Source: the human T2T-CHM13v2.0 reference genome, Homo sapiens. Taken from it: a DNA stretch of 64,000 nucleotides. The notes below the pieces were generated by a model. It was not told the DNA's origin. It worked only from the letters and a program-made list of their open reading frames with translations, and did no database searches. The stretch lies in the NCBI RefSeq assembly GCF_009914755.1, contig NC_060931.1; one strand, written 5' to 3'. Position numbers and translations under genes: made by a program. This document shows, one piece after another, positions 62,780-64,000 of the stretch. Every line of letters begins with the position of its first letter. Position 1 is the stretch's first letter.

Positions 62780-63582
62780 AGTTATATATTAGCATTCTCC
62801 AGAGGAACAGAACCAATAGGATGTGTATGTACATGTATATCTAAAGAGAGATGTTTTTAAAGGAATTGGCTCATGAAGTTACGGAGGCTGGAAAGTCTAG
62901 AGTCTGCAGGGTGGACCAGGAGGCTGGAGACCCAGGGAATAGTCGATGTTGTAGTTTAAGGCTGAAGGCTGTCTGCTGGCAGAGTTCTTCCTTCTGTGGG
63001 GGAGGTCAGTCTTTGTTCTGTTAGGATCTTCAACTGATAGATGAGGCCCACCATTGTTGCAGGATCTGCTTTACTCCAAGTCCACCGATTTAAATAGTCA
63101 TCCGCTAGGTACGGTGCCTCAGGTCTATAATCCTAGCCTTTTGAGAAGCTGAGGCTGGAGGATTGCTTGAGCCCAGGAGTTCAAGACCAGCCTGGGCAAT
63201 GTGGTGAGACCCTGTCTGTAGAAAAAATCAGAAAAATTAGTTGGGCATGGTGGCATCACGCACCTGTAGTCTCAGCTCCTCAGGAAGCTGAGGCAGGAAG
63301 ATCACTTGAGCCCAGGTGTTCAAGGCTGCAGCGAGCCATGATCACACCACCGTACTCTAGCTTGGATGACAGAGTGAGACCCTGTCTCGGTAGGTAGGTA
63401 GGTAGGTAGGTAGGTAGGTAGGTAGGTAGGTAGGTAGATTATAGATAGATAGATAGATAGATACAGACAGGCAATAATTTCATCAAAAAACACCCTCACA
63501 GAAACATAATAAGGATAATATTTGACCAAATACCTGGACACTATGGCCCAGCCAAGGTGACACACAAAATTAACCGTCACAT
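62780..63582 (-). mobile_element. MLT2-type (ERVL) LTR within L1, interrupted by an Alu (~63103-63388)
   Basis: ttctccagaggaacagaaccaatagg...gacacacaaaattaaccgtcaca. Confidence 0.8.
63389..63470. repeat. Compound tetranucleotide STR (GGTA)12...(GATA)5
   Basis: Direct reading. Confidence 0.93.
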
Positions 63583-64000
63583 CATACAGCCCAGCAGTTG
63601 CATCCCTTGCCATTTATTCCAGAGCAGTGAAAACTTTTTTCCGTACAAAAACCCTTGCATGATTGTTCATAGCAGCTTTATTTGTAATTGCTAACAATTG
63701 GAAAAACTAACATGTCCGTCAGTAGGTGAGTGGTTCAGCAAAGCAGTACACATTTCCTGGAGCACTGCTCCCACATTAAAAAAAAAAAAAAAAAAAAATG
63801 AACCATTGACACATGGAACACCTTGGATGACCTCAGGGGTATTATGTTGAGTGAAAAAATCAATCTCAAAAGGTCACATACTATACCAATTCCATTTATA
63901 TAATATTCTTAGAATGAGAACATTCTAGAAATGGAGAACAGGTTAGTGGTTGCCAGGGGTACACATGGGTGGGGCGGGAAGATCTTTGTGGTGATGGGAT

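Overview
This is human-type (primate) genomic DNA containing the 5' part of LMTK2 (lemur tyrosine kinase 2) on the + strand. A TATA-less CpG-island promoter lies at ~12.9-13.7 kb. Five coding exons follow (13350-13452, 43473-43600, 47533-47677, 57519-57592, 60895-61013). All junctions are GT-AG with consistent phases, giving 569 nt = residues 1-189 plus 2 nt: an N-terminal hydrophobic segment, a TM helix with a Cys cluster, an acidic linker and the kinase N-lobe. The gene continues beyond the window. The rest is mostly interspersed repeats: ~45 Alus, old L1M and L2 fragments, MIR, THE1/MST/MLT LTRs, MER DNA transposons, STRs and a 5'-truncated Y3 RNA retropseudogene. Apart from the ORF overlapping exon 1, the ORF-track entries are repeat-derived or GC-bias artefacts. 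I see no convincing new multi-gene system. The best leads are two strong-Kozak uORFs, a composite CRE/E-box promoter palindrome, Asn at the alphaC-Glu position of the kinase, a frame-symmetric exon 2-3 block flanked by inverted Alus, an upstream THE1 LTR with a gained GTGAGT donor, a ~127-bp templated intronic duplication, and several template-switch scars. Repeat subfamily calls and boundaries were made by eye and are approximate.
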